Source: Seison nebaliae (lineage: Eukaryota). From it: DNA of 22,208 nucleotides. The stretch covers positions 62,001 to 84,208 of the forward strand of contig JALJEE010001986.1 of the NCBI GenBank assembly GCA_023231475.1, read 5' to 3'. The notes under the pieces were generated by a model that worked only from the letters and a program-made list of their open reading frames with translations, was not told the DNA's origin and made no database searches. Positions 21,757-22,208 of the stretch are shown in pieces; position 1 is the first letter of the stretch; every line of letters begins with the position of its first letter. The position numbers were made by a program, and so were the translations under genes.

Positions 21757-22208
21757 TTTTTTTTTTTTTTATTTATAGCAAATCTCCGCGGGGTAAATTA
21801 AAAAGAAAAAAAGATAACTCCTTAAAGGAGTTATTTAAGATTAGGTTCCTGCTCGTTACAATAAAATGCTTGAGTGCTTCAGGAACGTGATAAGACAAAT
21901 CAAAATTAGATGTCACCGATAAAGCGTCTTCCACTGAAAGAGGATAATTTAACGAGTAATAACGGCAGAAAAATTGGAGAGGCGACGAGAAGCTCTCACA
22001 TTGTGTATACGTTGGAACTGAAAGAGTTGAACTGCGAACAGAATCAACTATTTTCAGATACCTCTGTGCCAGGAGTAATGGCAAAGGAGTCAATTCGCAA
22101 ATCGTGAACATAAATGCTCTATTGAAAGGCTTATGACAACCGAGCATCATCCGAACTGATCTATTATATGTTCGATCAAGACATCGTAATGACTTATCAG
22201 TATTCGAA
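21757..22208 (-). mobile_element. 3' end of a non-LTR (LINE-like) retrotransposon with poly(A) tail; runs off the window
   Basis: Open frame from the window edge: SLRCLDRTYNRSVRMMLGCHKPFNRAFMFTICELTPL, resembling the post-RT region of LINE ORF2. Stop TAA at 21775-21773, then AT and A14 (21770-21757). The RT core is not visible in the window. Confidence 0.72.

Overview
AT-rich nuclear DNA from a compact-genome animal (inferred from an ST7 orthologue and short spliceosomal introns; the species cannot be named from sequence alone). The left half (about 0.8-11.7 kb) is gene-dense: ST7 (+, 12 exons), NAD-dependent glycerol-3-phosphate dehydrogenase (-, 6 exons), two intronless orphan ORFs (-), a CDKL kinase (+, 8 exons) and PCNA (-, 2 exons). 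The right half holds an intact intronless 609-aa ORF with divergent USP/C19 deubiquitinase Cys- and His-boxes, a palindrome-rich direct repeat, and a packed cluster of decayed transposons: LINE, Ty3/Gypsy, CMC/EnSpm, BEL/Pao, PIF/Harbinger, a Gypsy with LTR and PBS, and a LINE 3' end with poly(A). The main result is that every intron I could reconstruct from protein homology (23 unambiguous host introns, 1 ambiguous, plus 1 in the Harbinger transposase) starts with GTT rather than GTA/GTG, with no conserved +5G. This points to a rewired 5' splice-site code. Other leads are the possibly mobile, nuclear-targeted USP-like gene and a Gypsy Gag with tandem non-canonical C-x2-C-x4-C-x2-H knuckles. 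All calls come from manual translation and remembered motifs; no searches were run.
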